Positions 18,271 to 28,320 of a stretch of 64,000 bases of DNA are shown here, piece after piece. The stretch comes from Myxococcota bacterium (GTDB lineage Bacteria > Myxococcota_A > SURF-8): assembly GCA_965140415.1 (NCBI GenBank), contig OZ223209.1, positions 3,072,001-3,136,000 on the forward strand, in the 5' to 3' direction. A model generated the notes under the pieces. The model ran no database searches. It worked only from the letters and a program-made list of their open reading frames with translations, and was not told the origin of the DNA. Every line of letters begins with the position of its first letter. Positions within the stretch are counted from its first letter, which is position 1. The position numbers and the translations under genes were made by a program.

Positions 18271-20145
18271 ATGTCAAGAATCGTGTGGCGACGAATCCTT
18301 ATTTCGATGATCCTGCTTTCATTCATCTTCGTTATCCCGGCCTGTGGCGGCGACGATGAAGTGGTGGATGGCGATACGGATGGCGATACGGATGGAGACC
18401 AGGAACTGGCTTCATTCGAATATGCTTCCTGTGCTTCGCGCTCGGATGCATTCCAATATCCCACTCCGAGCTGGGAAAACAGCGCAGACACCCTTACCGG
18501 TGTACAACTCAAGCCTCCGGCAAACGATAAAGCCGCCTTGCTCTTAAAAGACGAAAAAGAGGAGTGGTATCTGGCAATTAACGATTTGGATGGATTTCCC
18601 CGCATGGCCGATTGGGTGATTGCCCTGGACAACGATGCAAGTGCCGTCGATGGGGAGAAAGTAAAGGTGTTCAGTTGGTTGTCCCAGGACGTAACGTTGC
18701 TTTCCGATGTGGATATCAGCGTTGAATTGTCCGACGATCCATCTCTCTTAATGATACAGGCCAACAAGCCGTTGCCGCTGCCCCAGAAGGGGGAACGGTA
18801 TATTCTCGCTTTGTATGAAGGCGTTACAACGGGAGCGACTCCTCTGCCTGCTTGTGACAGCAGCGAGGTGCACCCGCAATACGTGGATGCAGCCAATGCG
18901 CTGGTGGCCGCCGGGGAAGGAGAGGCATTGGTATATGCTTTGCCTACGACAGTCAGCCGCACCAGCATCGTTCATGCGAACCTGTATGATGAGTTATCGC
19001 AAACACCGACCTTGCAGGTTACGAGCATCGAGGAACATAGCGACTACGACAATTTTGATGGTTTGAAAGCCGATGCCGACACGTTGGCATTATTGGCCGA
19101 GCATAGCTATTCCGGTCTGTTTACAACTCCGATGTATCAGGACGAGAACGGTATCATCCAAACCGACATCGAAACGGAAACGCCTATTGCTGCTGGAACT
19201 ACAAGTCCTGGATATTTCCTTATTCTTCCAAAAGACGGTCAGGCTCCCTTCCCGATGCTTCTTTTCCAGCATGGTGGAAGTCGCTTCAAATATGATTCTC
19301 TCGCCATTGCCAAACCCTACCTGGAAAACGGGATTGCCATTTTGGGAATCGATCTGCCTTATCATGGCGACCGTGCCAGTGGGAGCAACAATGGCTCGGA
19401 ACTGGACATGGCCAACTTCGATGAGCCCCTGCGTACGCGTGATAACTTCAGGCAGGCCAGCTCGGACCACCTTTCCGTATTGACAGGAATCGATGCCCTG
19501 AACACAGCTTTGGAGCAATACACGGGTGAGACCGAGACGCTGGACAAAACCAGGCTCTTTTTCATGGGACACTCGATGGGCTCCGTCAGCGGCACCATGA
19601 CTTCATCCGTTGCAGATAACGTGCTCGGCGCGAGTTTAGTTGCAGGAGGATGCCCATACCGCCTGGTGGTTTCTGACGGCATGTTCAGTATGTTTATTAT
19701 GAACATGGTCAAGAATCGTCCCAATGCCGAGATCCGTTTGCTTCTCGGCTTCATCCAAACTCTGCTTGATGGCGGAGATCCTGTCAATTTCCCGCAATCG
19801 CAGGAAAATCCAGAGTTGGCTCCCAAAGATATTCTGATCTGGGAAGCGGTTGGAGAGCCGGTCTTGATCAATCCGGCGACGGATCTGCAAGCCTATGTTT
19901 ACGGTGCCGATCTGGCGACTCCGGTTCATCATTCGGTTGAACATCTTTCGGAATTAGATGAACCAATCTCGAATAATTTCGATGGTTTGGGAGAAGGCTC
20001 GGCGACTCGCGTTTTGCGACAGGTCGAGTTTCCTGATGTGGCGACCCAGAATTTGCACATGGAAATGTTCACGGACATGATTTCCCATGTGCATGCCGGT
20101 CCTTGTTTCGGTGCAAGAGCGGAAGGAAATGCTTGTTCCTATTGA
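18271..20145 (+). CDS. Alpha/beta-hydrolase (extracellular lipase-like) lipoprotein
   Basis: Lipobox IPAC followed by GGDDE; DGDTDGDTDGD; LFQHG; IDLPYHGDR; RDNFRQ; GHSMG nucleophile elbow; D.GDP. Confidence 0.75.
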   Translation: MSRIVWRRILISMILLSFIFVIPACGGDDEVVDGDTDGDTDGDQELASFEYASCASRSDAFQYPTPSWENSADTLTGVQLKPPANDKAALLLKDEKEEWYLAINDLDGFPRMADWVIALDNDASAVDGEKVKVFSWLSQDVTLLSDVDISVELSDDPSLLMIQANKPLPLPQKGERYILALYEGVTTGATPLPACDSSEVHPQYVDAANALVAAGEGEALVYALPTTVSRTSIVHANLYDELSQTPTLQVTSIEEHSDYDNFDGLKADADTLALLAEHSYSGLFTTPMYQDENGIIQTDIETETPIAAGTTSPGYFLILPKDGQAPFPMLLFQHGGSRFKYDSLAIAKPYLENGIAILGIDLPYHGDRASGSNNGSELDMANFDEPLRTRDNFRQASSDHLSVLTGIDALNTALEQYTGETETLDKTRLFFMGHSMGSVSGTMTSSVADNVLGASLVAGGCPYRLVVSDGMFSMFIMNMVKNRPNAEIRLLLGFIQTLLDGGDPVNFPQSQENPELAPKDILIWEAVGEPVLINPATDLQAYVYGADLATPVHHSVEHLSELDEPISNNFDGLGEGSATRVLRQVEFPDVATQNLHMEMFTDMISHVHAGPCFGARAEGNACSY

Positions 20146-20271
20146 TCTTCGATTTCTGAAGCAGTCTGGTGCTCTGGATGGATAGAGTGCCGGACTGCTT
20201 GGGATTCATCCCGGTTTCACATTTTGCAAAGATAGGAAAAATCGCGTCGGTGATGGAAGGCGGCGAAGGAC

Positions 20272-23079
20272 GTGGCGGAACGAAATGCTGTGACACGCAT
20301 GGAAGGCTTGTTGACGCGCTGGGCGGAGTTGCTTTCTTCAAAGACTCGCCCATTGCTGATCTTGTTTCTTGTTTTGACTGCGTTGAGTGTAAGTCCGGCA
20401 CTGAACTTCCAGCTTGAATCCTCGGAAAACGTCCTGTTCCCATCTGCATTGTACTCCTCGCAAGAAAATGAAAATCTATCTCAAGGTATCGGGGCGACAG
20501 ATATCCTCTATGGAGTTGTCGAGGGAGGAACGTTGGCAGAAAAAGCTGCGTTCATTTCGGAACTCGTAAACGATCTGACTATCGAGCGCGACCGGTTGTT
20601 GGATATCGGCCAGGATGGAATGCTTCAGTATGCCATTTACCGCCTGCCCATTTCCTTTTTCGAAGATCGCCGCCTGCTGTACTTGAAAATCGCCGATTTG
20701 CTGGACATTGAAAGCCGCTTGAAGCGTCGCCTCGAACAGGAAAGGATGAAACACAACCCGTTTTATATTGACCTTGAGCAGCAGGAAGAATCGGAAGTTG
20801 ATATTTCCTTTCAAGACTTGCAAGCCAAATACGGCATGGAGCGATTTCAGGAGTACACGGTTTCTGTCGATCAGAACATTTTGGTTGCTTTATTCAAACC
20901 CACTCAGCCCAGCAGCGATATCGGGTTTTCCCAACGTCTCGTGGAATGGGTGCGGAATACAGCACAGGCCAGATTGCAAAAGCAGCATAAAAGCGGCTTG
21001 AAGTTTTCAATTGGAGGCTCATATATAGAGCAGATTGTGTGGCGCGATACTATTGACCATGACAGGAAAGTCTGCCATGGCATCTTCTTTATTTGTTTTG
21101 CTTTGCTGACTCTACTGATCTTTCGGCGTCCACGCCCGTTAATTCTATTGGGATTGGTAGGAATCAGTTTTTCCTGTTGGATGGTCGCACTGGTTACCCT
21201 GTATTATCATTCAGTGAATTTATTCGGTTTCACTGCGATCCCCATCGCTTTGACTTTATGCTTGACGTATGGGCTTCTGTTTCTTTACAAGTACGCAGAG
21301 CTTCGTCGTCTGGATTATGATGTCCATAATGCCGTAAAAAACATTGTGATCCGAGAAGGCGAAATCATGCTGCCTGTGGCGCTGATTGTCGCAATTGTGC
21401 TTCTGGGAATGAGTTTCTTTTCGTTTCCAGGCATGGCGCTGTTCTGCCGAATCGCTGCTATTGGTATCCTGCTGATACTTGTTGCTGTTTTGGGATTCCT
21501 GCCGGTTCTACTGTTGACGAGCGAGCATGTTTCTCTAATGATATTCAGCAGTTCCGTTCGTATCGTGCAGCCAATGCCGAGACGCATGCCGCGTGGGAAA
21601 GCTGTCGTTGCAATCGGCGTAGGGCTTGTTCTTGTGACTGCTGTATTGTTTTTTCAAAGTTGGTTTTGTTGGCAGAAACCATGGTGTTCCAGTGCAAATC
21701 GCTGTTGCGATGGAGAAGATTGCTGCAAACCTGCTATTGATTTCGAGTACGATTTCCTTCATTTTCTTCCGGCACCGCCACGGATCGCAGAAGTCGAAAA
21801 GAAATTCAAACAAGCGGTTCCGATTCACCTGCGTCCAGTCGTCATTGTCGCTCCTTCAAGAAACGAATTACATGCTTTCTTAAAAAAACTTGATACGGAG
21901 CAAGAGGGCGATCCCGATCCGGCGATACAAAATGAAAGCTCTATCCTCAGATTCGTTCCCGCTGAACAGGAAAAGAAAAAAGAGATTCTTGCTCGCATCG
22001 ATCAATTGGCGACCCATGAAAATATCGCATTTCTGGATCGGCGCATTCAGCGCAAGATTGATGATGTACGGTCCTTGTTGCATCCATCCTCTGTTAGTAT
22101 TTACCAACTACCCATCAGCGTGATCCGGGTGTTCAGTCAACAGCCCACCGGAACGGAAAAAATATTGGAGATTTTGCATCGTTCATTACGAACGTTGCCG
22201 GACACAATAACCGATTCGGAATGGGATCAGGCCGTGTTGCAAACATTGCAAAGTTTGTCGGATGGCCAGTTGATCCAGTTGTATCGGGATATCAGGCAGT
22301 CTGAATTGGCTGGCGAGTTGGACAAGAAGGATAGCCAAAAGCTTGCCAAGCCGGAAAATCTACTGCCTGTTTTCAGGGCGTATCATTCCAGATATGTTGG
22401 AACCGTTGCATACCTTTACCCTGCACAATCCGCATTTCAGGGAAAAGCTGCGTTGGCTACAGCCGAGTTCTTGCAGCCTCTATTGGCAAAACATCCGAAC
22501 ATAGAGGCGTACGGTCAGATGATGGAACTGGCCAGCATGCTGAACAAGTTAAAGCCGATGCTGTATTCCGGTCTATTGGCGGGGCTTTTAGCAGTTATGG
22601 TGATTCTGCCTTTGATATTCCGACCATTTCCACGTTTGTTCCTGATTCCCACCCCGGTAATTGTGGGAAATAGCATTTTAATTTTGAGTATGTCGATCTT
22701 CTCGATCAAGTGGAATATTTATATTCTGATGGGTGTGCCGATTCTGCTTTGGTTTGGATTTGATGCCAGCATTCGCATGTATTTGCGCTATTGGCGAGAT
22801 GGATTGATCGGCGCGGTGCAGTCGTTGATTGCGGAAGGGCAGGCGGTATTGGTGGCCGTTTTGACTTTACTGTTTTCGCAGATCGGGTGGTTATCGTTTA
22901 CGCACCGTGGCGCAGCGATTGTGGGACTTGCAACTCTGCTGGGAGTTATCGCATTCTCTCTTGCTTGCTTTGGCTTCTTTCCTGCCTTATTGGAATTGTA
23001 CAATGCAAGATTGCAGCGGAGACGGTTGAGTTTCGTGCAAAAGAAAACCGCCCCTACCAGAAAATGGTGGAGCGGTTGA
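20272..23079 (+). CDS. MMPL/RND-superfamily membrane transporter
   Basis: Two repeats of TM1, large periplasmic loop and 5 TM; FRRPR; AYLYP; alternative start 20299. Confidence 0.75.
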   Translation: MAERNAVTRMEGLLTRWAELLSSKTRPLLILFLVLTALSVSPALNFQLESSENVLFPSALYSSQENENLSQGIGATDILYGVVEGGTLAEKAAFISELVNDLTIERDRLLDIGQDGMLQYAIYRLPISFFEDRRLLYLKIADLLDIESRLKRRLEQERMKHNPFYIDLEQQEESEVDISFQDLQAKYGMERFQEYTVSVDQNILVALFKPTQPSSDIGFSQRLVEWVRNTAQARLQKQHKSGLKFSIGGSYIEQIVWRDTIDHDRKVCHGIFFICFALLTLLIFRRPRPLILLGLVGISFSCWMVALVTLYYHSVNLFGFTAIPIALTLCLTYGLLFLYKYAELRRLDYDVHNAVKNIVIREGEIMLPVALIVAIVLLGMSFFSFPGMALFCRIAAIGILLILVAVLGFLPVLLLTSEHVSLMIFSSSVRIVQPMPRRMPRGKAVVAIGVGLVLVTAVLFFQSWFCWQKPWCSSANRCCDGEDCCKPAIDFEYDFLHFLPAPPRIAEVEKKFKQAVPIHLRPVVIVAPSRNELHAFLKKLDTEQEGDPDPAIQNESSILRFVPAEQEKKKEILARIDQLATHENIAFLDRRIQRKIDDVRSLLHPSSVSIYQLPISVIRVFSQQPTGTEKILEILHRSLRTLPDTITDSEWDQAVLQTLQSLSDGQLIQLYRDIRQSELAGELDKKDSQKLAKPENLLPVFRAYHSRYVGTVAYLYPAQSAFQGKAALATAEFLQPLLAKHPNIEAYGQMMELASMLNKLKPMLYSGLLAGLLAVMVILPLIFRPFPRLFLIPTPVIVGNSILILSMSIFSIKWNIYILMGVPILLWFGFDASIRMYLRYWRDGLIGAVQSLIAEGQAVLVAVLTLLFSQIGWLSFTHRGAAIVGLATLLGVIAFSLACFGFFPALLELYNARLQRRRLSFVQKKTAPTRKWWSG

Positions 23080-23102
23080 TGATGTTCTGGATAATGTAGG
23101 AA

Positions 23103-23885
23103 TCAGGGCGCTTTCGGCTCTTCACTTTTTTCTTTTTCGGTATTCGCTTCCACCTGTTCCATCATCTTGTCTGCTTCTTGTTTGGCGGCTTCTTCGGATT
23201 CTTCCAGCGCTTTTGTATCCTGCTCTGTTTCTTCTTCCGGTTCATCCGCGATGGTACTGGGCATTTCTTTCGGTGCAGGCTTTTCCTTCTTTTCCGCTGT
23301 CCGCCAGGTGTCTACCTGACCGTCTGCATCAATATCCAGGCCGATACGGTCCAATTCCCCTTTTTCGTAATATTCCCAATAGTCGATGCGACCATCGTTG
23401 TTGCGATCTTTCTCAAGGCGCACCAACTGGTTTTTCAGATAATATTTGAACATGTCCGGTTTTTCATCGAAAGCGAAATCGATGGATTTCTTAATGATCT
23501 GACCTTTTGCATAGTGGTCGATCAGGTCGATGCGTCCATCAAAATCGAGATCGAAGGACTCCTTGGACATTTGACCGTCGGGTCCGTATTCTGACCAGAC
23601 ATCGATTTTTCCATCGCCATTCAAATCCAATTCGCGTTTAACCAGCACTAAAATGCTTTTGCCCGTTTCTTCGTCTTTACCAGTGGCATAAAATTTAAAA
23701 ACATCCGGTTTCAAATCGGAATTGAGATCGAATTCTTTTACACGCAGACCATCGCTATCCATGTGGGACATCTTGGCATCGCTGAAATCTTTTTCTTCCG
23801 CTGTTTTTTTGGTTTCGGCACAGCCGAGGACAGAAAAAGCGAAAAATAAACAAATCAGCATAAGCCAATAGGCTTTGACCTTCAT
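23103..23885 (-). CDS. Lipoprotein with tandem DxNxDGxxD (EF-hand-like/beta-hairpin) repeats and acidic tail
   Basis: Lipobox VLGC; DLNSDLKPD, DLNGDGKID, DLDFDGRID, DRNNDGRID, DIDADGQVD. Confidence 0.7.
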   Translation of the reverse strand: MKVKAYWLMLICLFFAFSVLGCAETKKTAEEKDFSDAKMSHMDSDGLRVKEFDLNSDLKPDVFKFYATGKDEETGKSILVLVKRELDLNGDGKIDVWSEYGPDGQMSKESFDLDFDGRIDLIDHYAKGQIIKKSIDFAFDEKPDMFKYYLKNQLVRLEKDRNNDGRIDYWEYYEKGELDRIGLDIDADGQVDTWRTAEKKEKPAPKEMPSTIADEPEEETEQDTKALEESEEAAKQEADKMMEQVEANTEKEKSEEPKAP

Positions 23886-24155
23886 TCCAAGCTCCTTGAC
23901 CATTAAAAGTCCTTTAACTTACCCCGGTTTCCAAGCCTTTCAATAAGGTTTGCATAGTATACTTCATGGTCATCACTTTGACAACATTTTAGATCGAAAA
24001 GCAGAAATCGGGGAATCATGTCGATGGAAAACGGGCGGCGATGGTTTCTATCTATCGAGTTGGCGGAGATGACGTGACAAAGCTCTTGATCTTTTTGGGG
24101 AGACATACTACACCTGATTGACGTGTTACCGTTAGTGAAGGGAAAGGGGTATTTT

Positions 24156-25178
24156 ATGAGCAATCGTGTGGTTTGGGATGAAAAAAAGAACGCGTTTTAT
24201 GAAACGTGGTATTTCACTGTAAATCATCGTGCAAGTGGAAAGTCCTTTTGGCTGCGTAGCACCTTGAATTTAACCCCAGATGGAACTCGCGATCAGTTCG
24301 GTGGTTTGTGGTGCGCCATGTTCGATCCGGAAAAGCCGGGAGAAAATCTGGCTTTTCATCGAATGTATCCGGAATCCAGTGTATGTTTCGGAAGAGGCGG
24401 TCTGGATGTCGTCATCGGCGAATCGCGTTTGCGAGAAGGACAGTATCGTGCCGAGTTCGCCAATGATTCTCATTTCGCGTCCTGGGATTTACACTATAAG
24501 CCACACACGGAAGATATCTGGCTTGTACCCAAGTTGATCCGGGGTAGTCATATTCCCAAAGCGGATGTCTGCGTTCCAAATGTAGATATCGAGTTGGAAG
24601 GGGAATTGACGATCGATGGGGAAACCTACCGTTTCGAAGGTGATCCGGCGGGACAGGCCCATCATTGGGGATATCACTATGCAAGAGAATGGCTCTGGGG
24701 TCATTGCAATGATTTCGAGAATTCACCCGGGGCCTGGTTGGAAGTGCTGGCCGTCAAGCTGTTTGATTGGGGACGGGCCAGCTATCCGGTGACATTGCTA
24801 CAGTTAAATGCTCCTTCCGGGCGTTATGGCGTTCGAACTCCGTTGCAATTGTTGCATTCGCGAGCTTGCTATGAGAAGGGAATCTGGCGTTATGTAGCGA
24901 TCGAGCGAGAAACACGCATTGAAGTTGAATTTTCCGCTCCAGAAAGTGCATTCGTTTGTTTTCCCTATACTTCACCGCACAACGAGTCGTTTTGGTGCCA
25001 CAACAGTTGCTTGTGCGATTTGAAAGTACAGGTGTTTGCCCGAAAGGGGAACTCTTGGGTGCCAATCGAACAACTGGTATCGAAAAGGCGAGCCGCAGCA
25101 GAATTCTGTACAATGAAAGAAACTACCCCTTCTGAATTTGTCTACCAAGGTGTCGTTTCCCCACGATTTATCCCTTGA
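24156..25178 (+). CDS. Tocopherol cyclase/AttH-like protein
   Basis: FYETWYF, WDLHY, GQAHHWG..YAREWLWGHCN motifs. Confidence 0.55.
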   Translation: MSNRVVWDEKKNAFYETWYFTVNHRASGKSFWLRSTLNLTPDGTRDQFGGLWCAMFDPEKPGENLAFHRMYPESSVCFGRGGLDVVIGESRLREGQYRAEFANDSHFASWDLHYKPHTEDIWLVPKLIRGSHIPKADVCVPNVDIELEGELTIDGETYRFEGDPAGQAHHWGYHYAREWLWGHCNDFENSPGAWLEVLAVKLFDWGRASYPVTLLQLNAPSGRYGVRTPLQLLHSRACYEKGIWRYVAIERETRIEVEFSAPESAFVCFPYTSPHNESFWCHNSCLCDLKVQVFARKGNSWVPIEQLVSKRRAAAEFCTMKETTPSEFVYQGVVSPRFIP

Positions 25179-25305
25179 ACGAGTTGAGATTACTGCTGGT
25201 AGAATTGGTCGCATCGAACCCTTCTGAAACATTATATTGTTAAAAAGCGGTTGACAAACGAGAATTGCTGTCGCAAAATATAATCAGGAGGAGGACTATT
25301 CTTCC

Positions 25306-25345
25306 CATCGGCATGGATCGCCGATGAACAGGTTTCAAGGAGGAA
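25306..25345 (+). promoter_or_regulatory. Putative CsrA-binding leader (ANGGA in a hairpin loop plus a site overlapping the SD)
   Basis: catcggc-ATGGATc-gccgatg hairpin at 25306-25326; cAAGGAgga overlaps the SD before ATG 25351. Confidence 0.5.
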
Positions 25346-25350
25346 CCATC

Positions 25351-26520
25351 ATGAGAGCCTACGAACTAGCCACTAGTGCCGTTGCTCAAAATCAATTCTT
25401 CAAAATTCAGAATATCTCCAACCTTGGTGGAGTAACGAACGCGCAGTTCGCTACGGATGAAGATGTGGCAACTGCTGCTGCGACGGTTGAGTTAAGCAAT
25501 TCCGCACGATTCCGGAATGAAGTCTCGCAGGTTACGGAACAACTTGCCGCTGCGACAGACAATGTGTCGCGTACCCAGGTTGCTGATAATGCGCTGACGA
25601 AAGCGGACGAGTTGCTGGATCAGATCAAGCAACTGGCCGAACAGGCTTCGGAGCAGGGAACCAGCACGGAAACACGGGCCGAGCTGCAAACCCAGGCCGA
25701 TGAACTGATGGAAGAATACACCGCCACCTTCCAGAATGCGGAATACGGAAGCCAGAATGTGTTCGGCATCGCTGCAACTGCGGATGAAGGAGTAACGACG
25801 GAATACACGGCGAATGCTCCTGTTGATGTTCGCGGGATCAACCTAGAGCCGCAGGAAAATCCGGAAACGTTCCTGCAAAATATCAACAATGCGTTGGATC
25901 AGGTGGAACAGGCCAGTACTTTGGTTCAGGAGCGATTGGCAGCCGCCGATCAATCCGCACCTTTTACGTTGGATAACTATGCCAGTTTGGCCTTAGGGAA
26001 TGTGCGTGAGTCCTTGCTGCAAATTCAAGATCTTGCGCAACAGGCTGCGACCCCCAATCTCCCCTATACTGAACGAAGCAACCTGGAAAGCCAGATCGCC
26101 TCGTTGGTGGAAGATGTCGGTTCCGTGCTGGAAAACACCACCTTCGATGGTCAGAACGTATTTACCACCGATGCCAACGCAGATGTCCTTCAGGATTTCA
26201 GCCTGGCGTTGCCGACCATCGATCTGACTACAGAGGAAAGCGCGCAGCTTTCGCTAGGTGGAATTGAACAGGCCATCGAGCAGGTTGGAATCAAGCAGGA
26301 TCAGGTTCAGCAGCTACTGAACGAACAAACGAATCAACTGACTGTGGCTCATCAGAATTATCTTAGCCTGCAAGAAGAGATGAACTCGGTTCAGGAAGCT
26401 ACTCAAGCGGCTCAGCTTGTTTCGTTTACCCAAGATCAGATTCTTTTCCAGAGCGATACGGCTTCGCTGGCACAAGCAACCATCGGACCGCAGGTTATCC
26501 TGCAATTGTTGGACGTCTGA
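25351..26520 (+). CDS. Atypical flagellin-like protein with duplicated D1 domain
   Basis: Two flagellin N-helical segments (TQVADNAL...QLAEQAS...RAELQ...EYGSQNVF; ALGNV...DLAQQAA...ERSNLE...TTFDGQNVF); C-terminal QILFQ..TASLAQA...PQVILQLL. Confidence 0.7.
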   Translation: MRAYELATSAVAQNQFFKIQNISNLGGVTNAQFATDEDVATAAATVELSNSARFRNEVSQVTEQLAAATDNVSRTQVADNALTKADELLDQIKQLAEQASEQGTSTETRAELQTQADELMEEYTATFQNAEYGSQNVFGIAATADEGVTTEYTANAPVDVRGINLEPQENPETFLQNINNALDQVEQASTLVQERLAAADQSAPFTLDNYASLALGNVRESLLQIQDLAQQAATPNLPYTERSNLESQIASLVEDVGSVLENTTFDGQNVFTTDANADVLQDFSLALPTIDLTTEESAQLSLGGIEQAIEQVGIKQDQVQQLLNEQTNQLTVAHQNYLSLQEEMNSVQEATQAAQLVSFTQDQILFQSDTASLAQATIGPQVILQLLDV

Positions 26521-26547
26521 TCGCTTCGTAACACAGCTATAGAATAT

Positions 26548-26581
26548 CAAGCCCCTCGTTTTCACGAGGGGCTTTCCTTTT
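26548..26581 (+). terminator. Rho-independent terminator (probably bidirectional)
   Basis: aagcccctcg-ttttca-cgaggggctt followed by tcctttt, between convergent genes. Confidence 0.8.
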
Positions 26582-26612
26582 AAATGCCTGTGAGTTGGTT
26601 CGGGATCTTTTG

Positions 26613-27428
26613 TTAAAGTGAAGCTTGCTCCGGCATGTCTTCCTCCTGACCTGTTGGCAGGGTGACGATGATTCCCATTGAAATTCCAATGGAAAACTCT
26701 TCATCTTCTTGTGGAATATCGAAAGTGACTTGATTGATCATCTCGATTGCATCGTTTAAAACCACATTGTAACCTAACGCAACTGCCCCGATTTCAATAT
26801 CCCGTTCATCCTCTGAAGGATTATGAGCGAAACCCATGTCGTATTCCAATAACAACTGGTGGCCTTCTCCCACTGTCCAATAGGTGCCGGCAGTCAGTTC
26901 CGTCATTGGAGCAAATTCATATTCGGTGGAGCTGTCATCGTCCTCCGTTTGTGTCGTTTTCGAGGTTTTTTCTCTTCCGGACAACACTTCCGAAACCACG
27001 AAGTAAAGCCCCCAGCTTGATTGGTCGTTGTCCAGGTCGAAATTAAGTTCCAATGCCGGAATCAGCGAAAAGTCATCTTGTGATATTCCTGCTTCGAGAA
27101 ACAGGTCAATATCGACATGCTCGCTGTCAAGCGGGGTTCCGAAAAATCCTATCGCAAGGCCCCATTCTCCGTTGGAAAAATACTCATTTCCGGCACCTGA
27201 AATGGCAAGGTAGGCAGAGAGGTTTTCCACTAAGCCATATCCGGCCACTCCTTCGGCAGAAATCGATTTTTCATATTCACCTAAGCCGATTCCATCAAAG
27301 CCAAGGTAAAATTCAAAATCAGTCGCTCCAATGTCGAAGGTTTCCGTTGTATCGGCTGCATAGGAAGAAGTGGAAGCAAACAGAAGTGTAATGATCACTG
27401 CACAAGAAGTACTACAAAACCGACTCAT
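26613..27428 (-). CDS. Secreted protein, probable outer-membrane beta-barrel, downstream of ECF metal transporter
   Basis: Signal peptide (SSYA-A); alternating amphipathic beta-strands; very acidic. Confidence 0.55.
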   Translation of the reverse strand: MSRFCSTSCAVIITLLFASTSSYAADTTETFDIGATDFEFYLGFDGIGLGEYEKSISAEGVAGYGLVENLSAYLAISGAGNEYFSNGEWGLAIGFFGTPLDSEHVDIDLFLEAGISQDDFSLIPALELNFDLDNDQSSWGLYFVVSEVLSGREKTSKTTQTEDDDSSTEYEFAPMTELTAGTYWTVGEGHQLLLEYDMGFAHNPSEDERDIEIGAVALGYNVVLNDAIEMINQVTFDIPQEDEEFSIGISMGIIVTLPTGQEEDMPEQASL

Positions 27429-27567
27429 GATATTCTCCTCTTAAAGTGATAGACATAACTAACAGTAGTGTACAAGTCTTTCTCTAGATGTCAAGCCTGT
27501 TTTGGAGACAATATTGAGACGACGTGCTATCTTCTTGGAATTATTATGGAACTATAGGAACAGAAAG

Positions 27568-28320
27568 CTACTTTCGTGAGCAGACGGGGCAAGCTTGCAG
27601 ACTGAACGGGGGTTCCAGGTTGCCTTTTTCCAGCAATTCCGAATTGTTCATGATGTCAATAGTCGGGCCATCGGCAAGAACGCGGCCATGTTGAAGCACT
27701 ATTGTGCGCTCGCAGACATCCATCACCAAATCAAGGTCGTGAGTGGCGATGATTTTCGTATGTTCAAATGATTTCAATAGGTTAATCAGTTGTCGGCGGT
27801 TTTTGGGATCTAAATTGGAAGAGGGTTCGTCCATCACCAGAATATCAGGCGACATGGAAAGAACGGTTGCGATGGCTACGGAACGCTTTTCGCCACCCGA
27901 TAACTTGTAGGGAGGTCGATCTTTCAGGTGCAAGGCTCCTACTCGTTCCAGCGATTGAAGCACACGTTGCTCGATTTCGTCGCTTTCCATGCCGAGGTTC
28001 ATTGGTCCGAAGGCCACATCCTCATAAACGGTGGGCATGAAAAGCTGGTCGTCGGGATCCTGGAAAACCATACCGACCGTACGACGTACAAGTTCCAGTG
28101 TTTTCTTCGTCACACGCGAATCGCCAATGCGCATGGCGCCTTGCTGCGGGATATGAAAGCCATTCAAATGTAGTAATAACGTGGATTTACCAGCACCATT
28201 GGCACCGATGACAGCCACCGATTCCCCATGGGTAATCAGGAAAGATACTCCCTGCAAGGCCCGAGTATGATCGGGATACTGATAATGAATGTCGCAGGCT
28301 TCCACAATGTGATGGCTCAT
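27568..28320 (-). CDS. cbiO: ECF transporter ATPase (CbiO/NikO)
   Basis: GANGAGKST; VFQDPDDQLF; LSGGEK; MDEP; THDL. Confidence 0.9.
   Translation of the reverse strand: MSHHIVEACDIHYQYPDHTRALQGVSFLITHGESVAVIGANGAGKSTLLLHLNGFHIPQQGAMRIGDSRVTKKTLELVRRTVGMVFQDPDDQLFMPTVYEDVAFGPMNLGMESDEIEQRVLQSLERVGALHLKDRPPYKLSGGEKRSVAIATVLSMSPDILVMDEPSSNLDPKNRRQLINLLKSFEHTKIIATHDLDLVMDVCERTIVLQHGRVLADGPTIDIMNNSELLEKGNLEPPFSLQACPVCSRK

Noticed and set aside
25320-25327. Sigma28 -10 box GCCGATGA upstream of the flagellin-like gene
   Set aside because: No TAAA -35 at the expected distance; better explained as the 3' arm of the CsrA-type hairpin
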